This document shows positions 19,973 through 30,982 of a DNA stretch of 64,000 nucleotides, piece after piece (position 1 is the first letter of the stretch; every line of letters begins with the position of its first letter). The stretch covers positions 101,644-165,643 of the forward strand of contig MFWB01000008.1 in NCBI GenBank assembly GCA_001787205.1, given 5' to 3'. The DNA is from Candidatus Nomurabacteria bacterium RIFOXYB1_FULL_39_16. GTDB lineage: Bacteria; Patescibacteriota; Minisyncoccia; Phycocordibacterales; UBA9973. Below the pieces are notes generated by a model. The model was not told the origin of the DNA. It searched no databases and saw only the letters and a list, made by a program, of their open reading frames with translations. The translations under genes and the position numbers were made by a program.

Positions 19973-22900
19973 ATGCAAAAAAGCACAAAGCGTCCGAAGA
20001 AGTTCTTTGGAAGATACAAGAAACCTCTTGTAGAATTTCCAAATTTAATAGAAGCTCAAGTCAAGAGTTTCAAATGGCTCGTAGAGACTGGTATTGGAGA
20101 AGTCTTTAAAGAATTCTCTCCGATTATAGATTACTCTGGAAAAAAGTTTCAATTGGAATTCACTTCTTTTTCTTTAAGTGAGTCCAAAGTAGACGAAAAT
20201 GATTCCAAAATAAACAAACTCTCTTACCAAGGGCTACTGAAAGCGCGGGTAAAATTGACGAACAAAATTTTAGGTACAGTTAAAGAACAAGAAATTTTCA
20301 TGTCGGAAGTTCCTCTAATGACTCCGCACGGTACTTTCATCATCAACGGAGTGGAGCGCGTCATCGTGCCACAGCTAGCGAGAAGTTTCGGAGTTTTCTT
20401 TACAGAGGCGGAGAGCAAGGGTACTAAATATTTCGGCGCGAAAGTTATTCCGGCTCGCGGAGTCTGGATTGAGATAGCTTCTGAAGCGGACGGCGCAATT
20501 TATATAAGAATAGACAAGAAAAGAAAGTTTCCAGCCACCGCGCTCTTGCGCGCTATGGGTTATGAGACGGATGAGGCGATTCTGAAAGCATTTGAAGCTG
20601 ATTCAACCATCAAGGAAACCATTAAAGCATCTCTGGCAAAAGACGGGATAAAAACTCAAAGTGACGCGTACGTTGAGATTTATAAGCGTCTTCGGGACGG
20701 GGATATGGCTACCGCCGATAACGCCAAGGAATTCATTAATTCTTTGTTTACCGCGGAACGCTATGACCTTTCCCCTGTAGGACGATTCAGATTTAATCAA
20801 CGTTTCGGTAAGCCTATGGACGAGACGGAGATGGCTCGTCGTACTATAAATAAAGAAGATTTAGTGACGGTAATTTCCAATATTATAACCTTAAACAATA
20901 CACCGCTTGCCAAGGCTGATGATATAGATCACCTGGGTCAGAGGCGCGTGCGTTTCGTCGGAGAAATACTTCAACAGAAAATTCGCACCGGTATGATGCA
21001 AATCAAGAGAAACATTCAAGACAGGATGTCTATTATTGATGTGGACACTGCGATGCCTATCGCCATCATCAACCAGCGTCCGCTTCAAGCTCGTATTAAA
21101 GAATTTTTCACTACGAACCAACTTTCACAATTTATGGCGCAAGAGAATGTACTCTACGAGATGGAGCACTTACGTACGCTCTCCGCACTCGGACCCGGAG
21201 GTCTCACTCGCGAGCGCGCAGGGCTGGAAGTTCGCGACGTGCATCCTTCACACTACGGCAGAGTCTGTCCTATTCACACCCCGGAAGGCCCGAACATCGG
21301 ACTTATCTTGCACCTTTCAACTTATGCGAAGATAAACGATTTTGGAATTATTGAAACTCCTTATGTAAAAGTTAAAAATGGCAAAATTACTGGCGAGGTG
21401 GTTTATTTAAACGCGCTTGAAGAAGAAAAGTACAACATTGCGCATGCCGGTATTCCTTACGACGAAGATGGGAAAATAACGAAAGATAAAGTGGAAGCCA
21501 GAATTAAGACAGAGCCCGGTATGGTTTCCAAAGACGAAGTTGATTTTATTGACGTGGCCCCCAACCAGGCATTCTCTATAGCGACATCAATGATTCCATT
21601 TCTGGAACACAACGATGCCAACCGCTCACTCATGGGAAGTAACATGCAGAAGCAGGCAGTGCCTTGCGTCTTGCCAGAAATGCCTATAGTGGCAACGGGT
21701 ATTGAAGAGTTGGCATCAAGAGATTCTGGTAGGCTAATTATCTCGGAAGAAGAAGGAGTCGTCTCTTATTTGGATGCTAAGAAAATTGTGGTTAAAGGAA
21801 AAAAGGAAGTCACTTACACTCTGGTTAATTTCTTAAGAAACAACAACTTTGCAGTGTTTCATCAACGTCCGCTAGTAAACGTTGGTGACAAGGTTAAAAA
21901 GGGCGAAGTTCTGGCGGATACTTCCAGTACCGTTAACGGACAGATTTCTCTCGGGCAGAATATTTTCGTGGCCTTTTTGTCTTGGTCTGGTTCAACTTAC
22001 GAAGACGCCATCATTGTCTCAGAACGTTTGGTAAAAAAGAGCAAATTCACATCCGTTTATGTTGAAGAATTTACTTGTGTAGTTCGCGATACCAAGCTCG
22101 GACCCGAAATCACCACTCGCGATATTCCAAATGTCGGAGAACTTAAATTAAAAGATTTGGATGAAGACGGTGTCGTTCGTATCGGGGCCGAGGTTCGTGA
22201 AAACGATATCCTAGTTGGTAAAATTACTCCTAAGGGTGAGACTGAGCTTACTCCGGAAGAAAGACTTTTGCGTTCAATTTTTGCCGAGAAAGCGCGCGAT
22301 GTGAAAGACACATCTTTGCGTATGGAACACGGTAAACGTGGACGCATCATCGGTGTTAAAATTTTCTCCCGTGATTTGGGTCATACACTAGAAGCCGGAA
22401 TCATCAAGAAAATCGTGATTGAAATCGCGCAAATCAGAAACATTTCAGTGGGAGACAAGCTTTCCGGCCGACACGGAAACAAGGGAGTTATTTCTATGAT
22501 TCTTCCAGAAGAGGATATGCCTTACACTGCAGATGGTACACCTATTGATATCATTCTTTCACCTCTCGGCGTTCCTTCTCGTATGAACCTGGGACAGATT
22601 TTGGAAATGCATCTCGGTATGGCGGCTAACAGTCTCGGTTATCAAGCCATTGTGCCTCCATTCTTGGGAGCCAAGAGCGAAGAAATCAAAGAAGAATTAA
22701 AAAAGGCAGGATTGCCGGAAAATGGTAAATTGAAACTTTTTGACGGACGCACTGGAGAAGCTTTCCAGCAAGATATCGCTGTGGGTTATATGTATATGCT
22801 CAAGCTTCACCATATGGTAGAAGACAAGATTCATATGCGTTCTATTGGACCGTACTCTCTCATTACTCAGCAACCGCTCGGAGGAAAGGCTCAAGGTGGA

Positions 22901-23140
22901 GGACAGAGATTCGGAGAAATGGAAGTCTGGGCGTTGGAGGGTTACGGCGCGGCTTACACGCTTCGCGAAATGCTTACCATCAAGTCCGACGATATATTGG
23001 GTAGATCCGCCACTTTTGACTCTATTATCAAAAACGAAACAATCAGGCCGCCAAATTCTCCTGCTTCCTTCAACGTACTCTTAAACTATCTGCGTGGGTT
23101 GGCGCTAGATGTGGATTTAAAAAAATCCGGAGATAAATAA
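19973..23140 (+). CDS. rpoB: DNA-directed RNA polymerase beta subunit (compact, 1055 aa)
   Basis: Conserved beta-subunit blocks throughout, for example GRHGNKGVIS and NMQKQAVP. Confidence 0.97.
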   Translation: MQKSTKRPKKFFGRYKKPLVEFPNLIEAQVKSFKWLVETGIGEVFKEFSPIIDYSGKKFQLEFTSFSLSESKVDENDSKINKLSYQGLLKARVKLTNKILGTVKEQEIFMSEVPLMTPHGTFIINGVERVIVPQLARSFGVFFTEAESKGTKYFGAKVIPARGVWIEIASEADGAIYIRIDKKRKFPATALLRAMGYETDEAILKAFEADSTIKETIKASLAKDGIKTQSDAYVEIYKRLRDGDMATADNAKEFINSLFTAERYDLSPVGRFRFNQRFGKPMDETEMARRTINKEDLVTVISNIITLNNTPLAKADDIDHLGQRRVRFVGEILQQKIRTGMMQIKRNIQDRMSIIDVDTAMPIAIINQRPLQARIKEFFTTNQLSQFMAQENVLYEMEHLRTLSALGPGGLTRERAGLEVRDVHPSHYGRVCPIHTPEGPNIGLILHLSTYAKINDFGIIETPYVKVKNGKITGEVVYLNALEEEKYNIAHAGIPYDEDGKITKDKVEARIKTEPGMVSKDEVDFIDVAPNQAFSIATSMIPFLEHNDANRSLMGSNMQKQAVPCVLPEMPIVATGIEELASRDSGRLIISEEEGVVSYLDAKKIVVKGKKEVTYTLVNFLRNNNFAVFHQRPLVNVGDKVKKGEVLADTSSTVNGQISLGQNIFVAFLSWSGSTYEDAIIVSERLVKKSKFTSVYVEEFTCVVRDTKLGPEITTRDIPNVGELKLKDLDEDGVVRIGAEVRENDILVGKITPKGETELTPEERLLRSIFAEKARDVKDTSLRMEHGKRGRIIGVKIFSRDLGHTLEAGIIKKIVIEIAQIRNISVGDKLSGRHGNKGVISMILPEEDMPYTADGTPIDIILSPLGVPSRMNLGQILEMHLGMAANSLGYQAIVPPFLGAKSEEIKEELKKAGLPENGKLKLFDGRTGEAFQQDIAVGYMYMLKLHHMVEDKIHMRSIGPYSLITQQPLGGKAQGGGQRFGEMEVWALEGYGAAYTLREMLTIKSDDILGRSATFDSIIKNETIRPPNSPASFNVLLNYLRGLALDVDLKKSGDK

Positions 23141-23149
23141 AAAAAACAT

Positions 23150-26100
23150 ATGAAAACCTTAAACACAACTGAATTTGATCAAATTGGGCTTAGGCTTGCA
23201 TCTCCGGAACAAATAAAAGAGTGGTCCTTTGGAGAAGTCACTAAACCGGAAACGATAAATTACCGCACGGGCAGATCCGAGCGCGGAGGTCTCTTTGATG
23301 AGAAAATTTTCGGTCCGGAAAAAGACTATGAATGTTACTGCGGAAAATATCGCCGAATTCGTTACAAGGACATCATCTGCGAGAAGTGTGGCGTGGAAGT
23401 TACTCGTTCAATAGTACGTAGAGAGCGCATGGGACACATAGAACTCTCTACTCCAGTTTCCCACATTTGGTTCTTGCGCGGAGTGCCTTCTCGGATGAGT
23501 ATTCTCCTCAATATTTCCGTTTCGGATTTAGAGAAAGTAATTTACTTTGCTGGATACATCATCACTAAAGTGCATGAAGACGAGAAGGAAATCATTCTTT
23601 CCGGTTTGGATAAAGAATATAAAATGAAGCTGAAAAATTCAGCCGACGAGGAGACCAGAGAGAAATTGAAAAATTTGCTTTCAGTTACCAAGAAAGAAAT
23701 AGGAGAAATTTATGAAGGAAAAGTTTTGAATGAAATTTCTTTCCATCATTATTCCTTAAAGTACGGAACTTGTTTTGAGGCGAATATCGGCGCTGAAGCC
23801 ATATATTCCATCTTTAAAAACCTGGATTTAAACAAACTCAAAGTTCTCACCGAAAAGATGCTGGAGAAGACGAGCGCGGCGGAGAAAGAAAAACTACAGA
23901 AGAGGCTGTCACTTATCCGAGCGATGACTTATGCGGATATTCGTCCAGAGTGGATGTTCCTTACGGTCATTCCGGTTATTCCTCCAGTGCTTCGCCCGAT
24001 GGTGGCGTTAGACGGGGGACGTCATGCCACCTCTGATTTGAACGACTTGTATCGTAGAGTGATAAACAGAAACAATCGTTTGAAAAAGTTGAAGGAAATC
24101 AATGCTCCGGACGTTATTTTAAGAAATGAAAAACGCATTATTCAGGAAGCTGTTGACGCCTTGATAGACAACTCCATAGCCAAGCAGAATGATTCTGCCG
24201 CAATGAGTCAGTCTCAGAAGCGTCCACTTAAATCTCTGTCTGATAACCTGAAATCCAAACAAGGACTTTTCCGCCAGAACTTGCTCGGTAAGCGTGTGGA
24301 CTATTCAGGCCGCAGTGTTATCGTTGTCGGTCCGGAATTAAAGCTAAATCAATGCGGATTACCGAAGCATATGGCGTTGGAACTTTTCCGACCGTTTGTA
24401 ATTTCCAAGATTCTCCAAGCGGAACTTGCATTCAATATTCGCGGGGCAAACAAGCTCATAGAAGAACGCTCTCCGGAAGTTTGGGCGATGTTGGAGGAAG
24501 TGATTTTAGGCAAATACGTGCTCTTGAACCGCGCTCCAACCCTGCACCGCTTGGGTATTCAGGCTTTCAATCCTATTTTGATTGAAGGAAATGCTATCCA
24601 AGTGCACCCTCTCGTTTGTCAGGCTTTCAACGCGGACTTCGACGGAGACCAGATGGCGGTATATGTGCCTCTATTGGAAGAGGCGCAATGGGAAGCGAAG
24701 GAATTAATGGCAGCCAATAAAAATTTGCTCAAGCCGCAAAACGGAGATCCTATCGTGCATCCAAGTAAAGATATAGTGCTCGGAAGTTACTGGATGACCA
24801 AGTCAATGGATGGGGAAGAGGGAGAAGGAAAGTATTTCTCCAATCCCAATACGGCCATTACCGCTTACGACTACGGCATCGTAACTCTACGAGCGAAAAT
24901 AAAAGTACTTGCAACCGATTCACACAAATACAGGAAATTTGACGGAGGAATTTTTGAAACTTCCGTGGGCAAACTGTTGTTTAACAGTATTCTTCCCAAC
25001 GATTTTGCTTATGTGAACGACGAAATGAATCAGAAGAGATTGTCTTCTCTTTTAGATGAGCTTATCGTGCATGTGGGTATTGACAATACTCCGGCGTTCT
25101 TGGACAAGATAAAGGAATTCGGGTTTAAATATTCAACCGTTTCTGGAACCACTTGGGGATTGGACAATGTTAGGCTTCCTGTAGAAAAACCAAAAATCAT
25201 AGAAGACGCCAGAAAACTTGAAGAAGAAGTTGTTTCCCAGTGGGAAGAAGGTCTCCTTTCTGAGGAGGAGAGATACCAAAAAATTATAGAAATATGGACC
25301 TATGCAAAGAAAGATTTAGAAAAAATATTACCGGCCACACTAGATAAAAAGGGTTCTGCTTATGATTTGTTTATTTCTGGAGCCAGAGGTTCTCTCGGCC
25401 AGCTTACACAAATGACTGGAATGAAGGGTCTGATTCAAAACAATGTTGGAAAGATTTTTGAATACCCAATTATTCCTTCATACCTTGAAGGTCTTTCTCC
25501 TATTGAATATTTCGTTATTACTCACGGCGCCCGTAAAGGAGCATCTGACACTGCGCTTAACACCGCCAAGGCCGGATACCTGACGCGCAGATTGGTGGAT
25601 GTGGCGCAAGACGTGGTGATAACAGAAGAAGATTGTGGTACGAAAGAAGGTAAGGTGGTTACCAGAGAAAATATTTCCGGAATTGAAATTCCTCTTTCCA
25701 AAAACATTCGCGGAAGAGTCTTAGCTTCCGACCTGAAAGATAAAGATGGAAAAGTGGTTTACAAAAAAGGATTCTTGGTTACCAAGGAAGAGGCTTACAA
25801 TATTGAAGGAGCGGGTTTCACTGAAGTATTCGTGCGTTCTCCTCTTACTTGTAAGACAGCCCACGGTCTGTGCGTTCAGTGCTATGGATTGGATCTTGGA
25901 AGAAACCATTTGGCGGAACAAGGTGAAGCTGTCGGCATCATAGCCGCTCAAGCTATCGGTGAGCCGGGAACTCAGCTGACGCTCCGTACATTCCACGCCG
26001 GAGGAGTAGCAGGAACCGACATTACCACAGGTCTTCCTCGTATTGAAGAAATCTTCGAAAGGAGAATTCCTAAAAATCCAGCCATTATTTCTGAGACGGA

Positions 26101-26758
26101 CGGAGAAGTGCTTGAAGTGAAAGTCAAAGAGAATAAAGAGAAGGTGATTAAAGTTCTATCTGATAGCCTTGCTGATGGCAAGAAAAATGAAATGGAATAC
26201 GCAGTAGCCTTCCGCCGAACACCTATCGTTAAAGCGGGGGATAAAGTAAAGAAAGGAGAGCTCTTGACCGACGGTTCGGCCGATATCGCCGAAATGTTCA
26301 GACTGGGAAGCAAAGAATTGGTTGAAGAATACATTATTGGTGAAATAAATAAAGTTTATGAGCTTCAGAGCGCTTCAATTTCTAGAAAGCATACGGAAAT
26401 TATTATCCGCCAAATGTTCTCTCGCCGAAAGATAAAGGATGCGGGAGAAACCAATTTCTCTGCCGGAGACATCGTGGAAAACACCGCCCTTATAGAAGAA
26501 AATATAAGAATAACCGGACTTGGTGGAAAAGAAGCAAAAGCGGAAATAGTGGTTCTCGGTATTACCGAAGTCTCACTCCGCACCAAGAGCTGGCTCTCGG
26601 CCGCCTCCTTCCAAAATACCAACCGTGTTCTCATTGAAAACGCCATCAAGGGCGGAGTAGATTCTCTCAGAGGCTTGAAAGAAAATGTCATCATTGGACG
26701 ATTGATTCCAGCCGGAACCGGGTTCAAAAATAAGTTTGCTGAGGCTAAAGAAGAATAG
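23150..26758 (+). CDS. rpoC: DNA-directed RNA polymerase beta' subunit
   Basis: Zinc finger CYCGKYRRIRYKDIICEKCGVEV, active-site NADFDGDQMAV and trigger loop. Confidence 0.97.
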   Translation: MKTLNTTEFDQIGLRLASPEQIKEWSFGEVTKPETINYRTGRSERGGLFDEKIFGPEKDYECYCGKYRRIRYKDIICEKCGVEVTRSIVRRERMGHIELSTPVSHIWFLRGVPSRMSILLNISVSDLEKVIYFAGYIITKVHEDEKEIILSGLDKEYKMKLKNSADEETREKLKNLLSVTKKEIGEIYEGKVLNEISFHHYSLKYGTCFEANIGAEAIYSIFKNLDLNKLKVLTEKMLEKTSAAEKEKLQKRLSLIRAMTYADIRPEWMFLTVIPVIPPVLRPMVALDGGRHATSDLNDLYRRVINRNNRLKKLKEINAPDVILRNEKRIIQEAVDALIDNSIAKQNDSAAMSQSQKRPLKSLSDNLKSKQGLFRQNLLGKRVDYSGRSVIVVGPELKLNQCGLPKHMALELFRPFVISKILQAELAFNIRGANKLIEERSPEVWAMLEEVILGKYVLLNRAPTLHRLGIQAFNPILIEGNAIQVHPLVCQAFNADFDGDQMAVYVPLLEEAQWEAKELMAANKNLLKPQNGDPIVHPSKDIVLGSYWMTKSMDGEEGEGKYFSNPNTAITAYDYGIVTLRAKIKVLATDSHKYRKFDGGIFETSVGKLLFNSILPNDFAYVNDEMNQKRLSSLLDELIVHVGIDNTPAFLDKIKEFGFKYSTVSGTTWGLDNVRLPVEKPKIIEDARKLEEEVVSQWEEGLLSEEERYQKIIEIWTYAKKDLEKILPATLDKKGSAYDLFISGARGSLGQLTQMTGMKGLIQNNVGKIFEYPIIPSYLEGLSPIEYFVITHGARKGASDTALNTAKAGYLTRRLVDVAQDVVITEEDCGTKEGKVVTRENISGIEIPLSKNIRGRVLASDLKDKDGKVVYKKGFLVTKEEAYNIEGAGFTEVFVRSPLTCKTAHGLCVQCYGLDLGRNHLAEQGEAVGIIAAQAIGEPGTQLTLRTFHAGGVAGTDITTGLPRIEEIFERRIPKNPAIISETDGEVLEVKVKENKEKVIKVLSDSLADGKKNEMEYAVAFRRTPIVKAGDKVKKGELLTDGSADIAEMFRLGSKELVEEYIIGEINKVYELQSASISRKHTEIIIRQMFSRRKIKDAGETNFSAGDIVENTALIEENIRITGLGGKEAKAEIVVLGITEVSLRTKSWLSAASFQNTNRVLIENAIKGGVDSLRGLKENVIIGRLIPAGTGFKNKFAEAKEE

Positions 26759-26765
26759 AATAATC

Positions 26766-28502
26766 ATGAACTCTCCCGTTCTAAAAATTAAGGAGAGGCT
26801 ATCAATTGAAGAAGTAGTCTCTTCTTATATAAAGCTTGAGAAGGCGGGCACAAATTTGAAAGCCAGGTGTCCTTTTCATAACGAAAAGACTCCTTCGTTT
26901 TTCGTCTCGGCTGACCGCGGAACCTATTACTGCTTTGGTTGTGGTGCCTCGGGGGATATTTTCACTTTTGTGGAAGAATTTGAAGGACTTGATTTTAAGG
27001 GCGCACTCCAAATGCTCGCGGATAGAGCGGGAGTGCAACTTGAACCTCTCAGTAAAGAAGCCAAAGAAAATAAGAGTGAAAAGGAAAAATTATATGAGGC
27101 AATGCAAGAAGCTTGTTTGTATTTTGAGAATAATTTAGAAAAAAACCAAGAAGCCCTGGAGTACTTGAAATCTCGCGGACTGAATGAAAAAAGCATAAAA
27201 GATTTTAGAATTGGATTTGCCCTATTAGACTGGCGACTACTCTATTCATATCTTAAAGACAAAGGTTTTTCCGATGTTGAGATAGAGCGCGCCGGTCTGG
27301 CAAAAAAGCCCGATGATGCCAACAAAGCGATGTATGACAGATTTCGCGGGCGGATAATGTTCCCGATTGCCGATTCAAGCGGGCGCATAGTCGCTTTTTC
27401 TGGGAGAATCTTTGTAGATGATGGCAAATCCGCTAAATACCTAAACAGTCCGGAGACTCCAATTTTCAGCAAAAATGCGGTGCTCTACGGCATTGATAAA
27501 GCCAAAGATTCAATCCGTAAAAACAATTTTTCTATTTTAGTGGAGGGTCAGATGGATTTGATTTTATCGCACCAGGCGGGGTACAGGAACACCATAGCCA
27601 CTTCTGGTACGGCTCTGTCCGATTCTACCGTTTCTAAAGAGAATGTTGTAAGCAACCTCGGGCTCGTACGTCGTTTATCATCGAACATCGTGCTTTCCTT
27701 TGATGCCGATAAAGCGGGGGCAAATGCCACTATCCGCGCTGGGAAAATAGCCCTTTCGCTCAATATGGATGTGAAGGTGGTGGAAATGCTGGAAGGTGTT
27801 GACCCAGCGGACTTAATTTCTAAAACGGGAATTCCTGCTTGGCGCGAAGCCATTAAAAATTCAAAACACATCATAGAGTTCTTGTTGAACAAAGTCTTGA
27901 AAAATTACGAAAACGATGGACGCAAAGCTGGCAGGGAAATAAAAGAAAAGATACTGCCCTTTGTAAACGCTGTGGGGAGCTCAATCGAAAAGATGTATTT
28001 CTTGAAAAAAATTAGCGACGCATCTTCCATACCGCTCGACGCCTTGCAAGATGATTTAAAGAAAATTGAACAAGAATTTAAATACGAAACGGAGGAAATA
28101 AAAGAAGCCGGAGAAATACTGACGAAAATATATAGAAAAGACCGCATAGAACGAAATCTTTTAGGTATTGCGCTTTGGCAGCAAACTCTGCCGGAGCCTG
28201 TAGTGGATTTTAAAACTATTTTTGAAAAGTTAGGCGATATCGGGGAGAAATATAAAGATACCAAGGAAGACCTTATTTTTGAAGCAGAGGTGTCGCATAC
28301 AGACAATGACAATTTAGAGAAGGATGTAGCGGAAATGTTTCTTAATTTTGAAGAAGAAAATATTAATGAAGAGTTAAATAAAAAAATGTCAGAATTAAAG
28401 CGGGAGCCAGAAGGAGAAAAGGGGAAGAAGATACTGCAAGAGATAAATGAATTGATTAAAAAAAAGGAAGAGATTAAAAATGGTCGTTTAAATAAAAAAT
28501 AA
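26766..28502 (+). CDS. dnaG: DNA primase
   Basis: CHC2 zinc finger ([13 protein letters not shown]) and TOPRIM (EGQMD ... SFDADKAG). The track ORF begins at 26736 and overlaps rpoC; the ATG at 26766 is preferred. Confidence 0.85.
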   Translation: MNSPVLKIKERLSIEEVVSSYIKLEKAGTNLKARCPFHNEKTPSFFVSADRGTYYCFGCGASGDIFTFVEEFEGLDFKGALQMLADRAGVQLEPLSKEAKENKSEKEKLYEAMQEACLYFENNLEKNQEALEYLKSRGLNEKSIKDFRIGFALLDWRLLYSYLKDKGFSDVEIERAGLAKKPDDANKAMYDRFRGRIMFPIADSSGRIVAFSGRIFVDDGKSAKYLNSPETPIFSKNAVLYGIDKAKDSIRKNNFSILVEGQMDLILSHQAGYRNTIATSGTALSDSTVSKENVVSNLGLVRRLSSNIVLSFDADKAGANATIRAGKIALSLNMDVKVVEMLEGVDPADLISKTGIPAWREAIKNSKHIIEFLLNKVLKNYENDGRKAGREIKEKILPFVNAVGSSIEKMYFLKKISDASSIPLDALQDDLKKIEQEFKYETEEIKEAGEILTKIYRKDRIERNLLGIALWQQTLPEPVVDFKTIFEKLGDIGEKYKDTKEDLIFEAEVSHTDNDNLEKDVAEMFLNFEEENINEELNKKMSELKREPEGEKGKKILQEINELIKKKEEIKNGRLNKK

Positions 28503-28512
28503 TCAATATTTT

Positions 28513-29724
28513 ATGAAAAAGAAAAAAATAAACAAAAAAAGAAAAGTTATTAAAAAAGTAAAAAAGGCTAAAGTAAAGAAAAATATCAAAAAACAGAAAA
28601 AGGCGGTAAAAAAGATCATAAAAAAAGACGGGGTCAAAAAAATGTCTTCTTTAGAGAAAAAAGCGGAAGTTTTAAATCATTTGGCGGAAGGAATAATTGA
28701 AAAGGGAAGAAAGCGCGGGTTTATCACTTATGACGAAATTTTAAAAACTTTTCCCGATATAGAAAATAATATTTTATTTTTAGATGAACTTTATGAAAAG
28801 TTTGCGACAGCTTCTATTGATGTGCTTGAAGGCGGAAATTTACTAAACCTGGATATTGATTTGAATGACAAAGATTTGAACAAGGGGAGTATGCACGACT
28901 CCATCCAGATGTATTTGAAAGAAATTGGACAGTATCCGCTTATCCACGCGAGCGATGAAAAGGTGCTTGCCAAGCGCATTGAACACGGAGACTTGGAAGC
29001 TAAAAACTTGCTCGCGCGCGCCAACTTACGTTTGGTGGTTTCTATTGCAAAAAAGTATGTCGGTAGGTCAGCCAACCTGACTCTGCTTGATTTGATTCAA
29101 GAAGGGAATCTGGGTCTATTTAAAGCTGTGGAGAAGTTTGATTGGACTAAAGGATATAAGTTTTCCACTTATGCCACCTGGTGGATTCGCCAATCCATAA
29201 CCCGCGCTTTGGCCGACCAATCCAGAACCATTCGCATTCCGGTGCATATGGTTGAGACGATTTCAAAATATAAACAAACTCACCGCAGATTGAGTCAGGA
29301 CTTGGGTAGGGAACCGCTTGCTGAGGAGATTGCGACGGAGATGGGTGTGCCGGTTGAAAAAATCCACGTTATTGAAAATATCAGTCAAGAGACCGTTTCC
29401 CTGGAACAGCCAGTCGGAGATGATGACGATAAGTCAACACTGGAAAACTTTATTCCCGACGATAAAATTCTGCGTCCAGACCAAGAATCTTCTCGTAGAA
29501 TTCTTTCCGACCAAATTCGGGAAGTTCTGAATGAATTAAATCCTAAAGAGCGCAGAATCTTGGAGATGCGTTACGGATTGCTAGACGGCATCCAGCATAC
29601 TCTGGAGAGAGTGGGGGAAGAGTTCGGTGTGACCCGTGAGCGCATCCGCCAGATTGAAGCGAAAGTCCACGAAAAGCTCCGCCAGCACGACAAGATTTCA
29701 AGATTGAAAAACTATTTCGATTAA
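28513..29724 (+). CDS. rpoD: RNA polymerase sigma-70 factor with a Lys-rich N-terminal region
   Basis: Regions 1.2 through 4 are present ([53 protein letters not shown]). dnaG-rpoD synteny. Confidence 0.92.
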   Translation: MKKKKINKKRKVIKKVKKAKVKKNIKKQKKAVKKIIKKDGVKKMSSLEKKAEVLNHLAEGIIEKGRKRGFITYDEILKTFPDIENNILFLDELYEKFATASIDVLEGGNLLNLDIDLNDKDLNKGSMHDSIQMYLKEIGQYPLIHASDEKVLAKRIEHGDLEAKNLLARANLRLVVSIAKKYVGRSANLTLLDLIQEGNLGLFKAVEKFDWTKGYKFSTYATWWIRQSITRALADQSRTIRIPVHMVETISKYKQTHRRLSQDLGREPLAEEIATEMGVPVEKIHVIENISQETVSLEQPVGDDDDKSTLENFIPDDKILRPDQESSRRILSDQIREVLNELNPKERRILEMRYGLLDGIQHTLERVGEEFGVTRERIRQIEAKVHEKLRQHDKISRLKNYFD

Positions 29725-29732
29725 TTGAAATA

Positions 29733-29766
29733 AAAAAGCTCTCGCATTATGCGAGGGCTTTTTTAT
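29733..29766. terminator. Bidirectional intrinsic terminator (rpoD on plus, dsbA-like gene on minus)
   Basis: aaaaaagctctcgca tta tgcgagggc ttttttat: GC stem flanked by A and T runs. Confidence 0.6.
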
Positions 29767-29785
29767 AAAGAGTGGTTTGAAATTA

Positions 29786-30481
29786 TTATAATTGTTCCGA
29801 TACGGGAACTTCTACAGGATCCATCAGTCCAAATACTAAATCAGTATATTTCCAAAATGCGTCATTGCCTTTTATCTGTGCGACACATTCAGCAGCCCCA
29901 GCTTTTGGCAGGGCGCCTGGGTGAACTACCCAGTGACGATAAACCCAAGCAACATTTCCATTTGATTCAGTCATTACTTCTTTCATTATTTCACTGAATT
30001 TTTTGCAGTAAGGACATTCAAGGTCGGAGTATTCTATAATTACAATTTCGGCGTCAGGATTGCCTAATATATGGTCTCCTTCTTCATACCCATTTATTTC
30101 ACCAGTATAAACGTCTGTCACTTTTCCTGTGAGTACTTCATCTATTAGTTTTTGTACATTTTCTTTTGGATAGGCTCCACGAATTTGAGCTTTCGTTCCA
30201 TTTTTACCAATGATGACACTGTATGGAGTACCCCTTTCATTGGCTGGGATACCTTTCATTGCTTTTTCCGCATTAGCATTTATTTTTTCCGACAACGTCT
30301 CTAGGTCGGTATTTTCCATACATTGTGTAAATTCTTTTTTATTTACTCCAACTTGCTCCGACAATGTTTTTTGAGGACTTTTCCCCATTGGGCCATTACC
30401 TCTTAATAAAATAGCTCCCGCTATCATTACTCCCACGATGATAATTGCGCTTATTATTGGTTTTTGGTTGTTATTTTGCAT
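29786..30481 (-). CDS. DsbA-like thiol:disulfide oxidoreductase (membrane-anchored)
   Basis: N-terminal TM segment, CPYC active site, thioredoxin fold length. Confidence 0.75.
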   Translation of the reverse strand: MQNNNQKPIISAIIIVGVMIAGAILLRGNGPMGKSPQKTLSEQVGVNKKEFTQCMENTDLETLSEKINANAEKAMKGIPANERGTPYSVIIGKNGTKAQIRGAYPKENVQKLIDEVLTGKVTDVYTGEINGYEEGDHILGNPDAEIVIIEYSDLECPYCKKFSEIMKEVMTESNGNVAWVYRHWVVHPGALPKAGAAECVAQIKGNDAFWKYTDLVFGLMDPVEVPVSEQL

Positions 30482-30580
30482 GTCTATATTGTTTATTTAT
30501 AATACGCTATTATATCATATTTCTCTAATATGATATAATAAGAGTATTAGTATAAAGGTCCTTTATTAATTAATTGCCTT

Positions 30581-30886
30581 ATGAAAATAGGGCTAAGTAA
30601 AAGTAAATATATGCACAATGCAAAATGTTGTGGTTGGGGTCACAAGCTCGCTAAAATTTTATTGGTAATCGGTGGACTTAACTGGGGATTGGTTGGCGTG
30701 GGAATGTTACTAAGCAGTAACTGGAATGTTATCAATCTGCTTTTGGGTTCTATCCCTACTTTAGAGGCAATCGTTTATATATTGGTTGGTGTTGTAGCGA
30801 TAATGAAACTTTTCAACTGCAAGTGTAAAACGTGCGCAGTGGGGAATTCTTCTGGCGCTAATCCTGGGACGGATCAAAATATGTAG
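30581..30886 (+). CDS. DUF378-family small membrane protein
   Basis: IGGLNWGLVGV motif, two TM helices, and a Cys-rich tail (CKCKTC). Confidence 0.55.
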   Translation: MKIGLSKSKYMHNAKCCGWGHKLAKILLVIGGLNWGLVGVGMLLSSNWNVINLLLGSIPTLEAIVYILVGVVAIMKLFNCKCKTCAVGNSSGANPGTDQNM

Positions 30887-30982
30887 TTTTTTAAATATAC
30901 TTTTGTTCTGAAAAAAGCTCTTCGAAAAGGAGCTTTTTTCGTTTACTTTTTACCCCTAAAATGCTATACTTAACACCAAGGT

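Noticed and set aside
20224-28312. Numerous short antisense or overlapping ORFs inside rpoB, rpoC and dnaG
   Set aside because: All lie inside strongly supported housekeeping CDSs, have no ribosome-binding site and give low-complexity products. Spurious.
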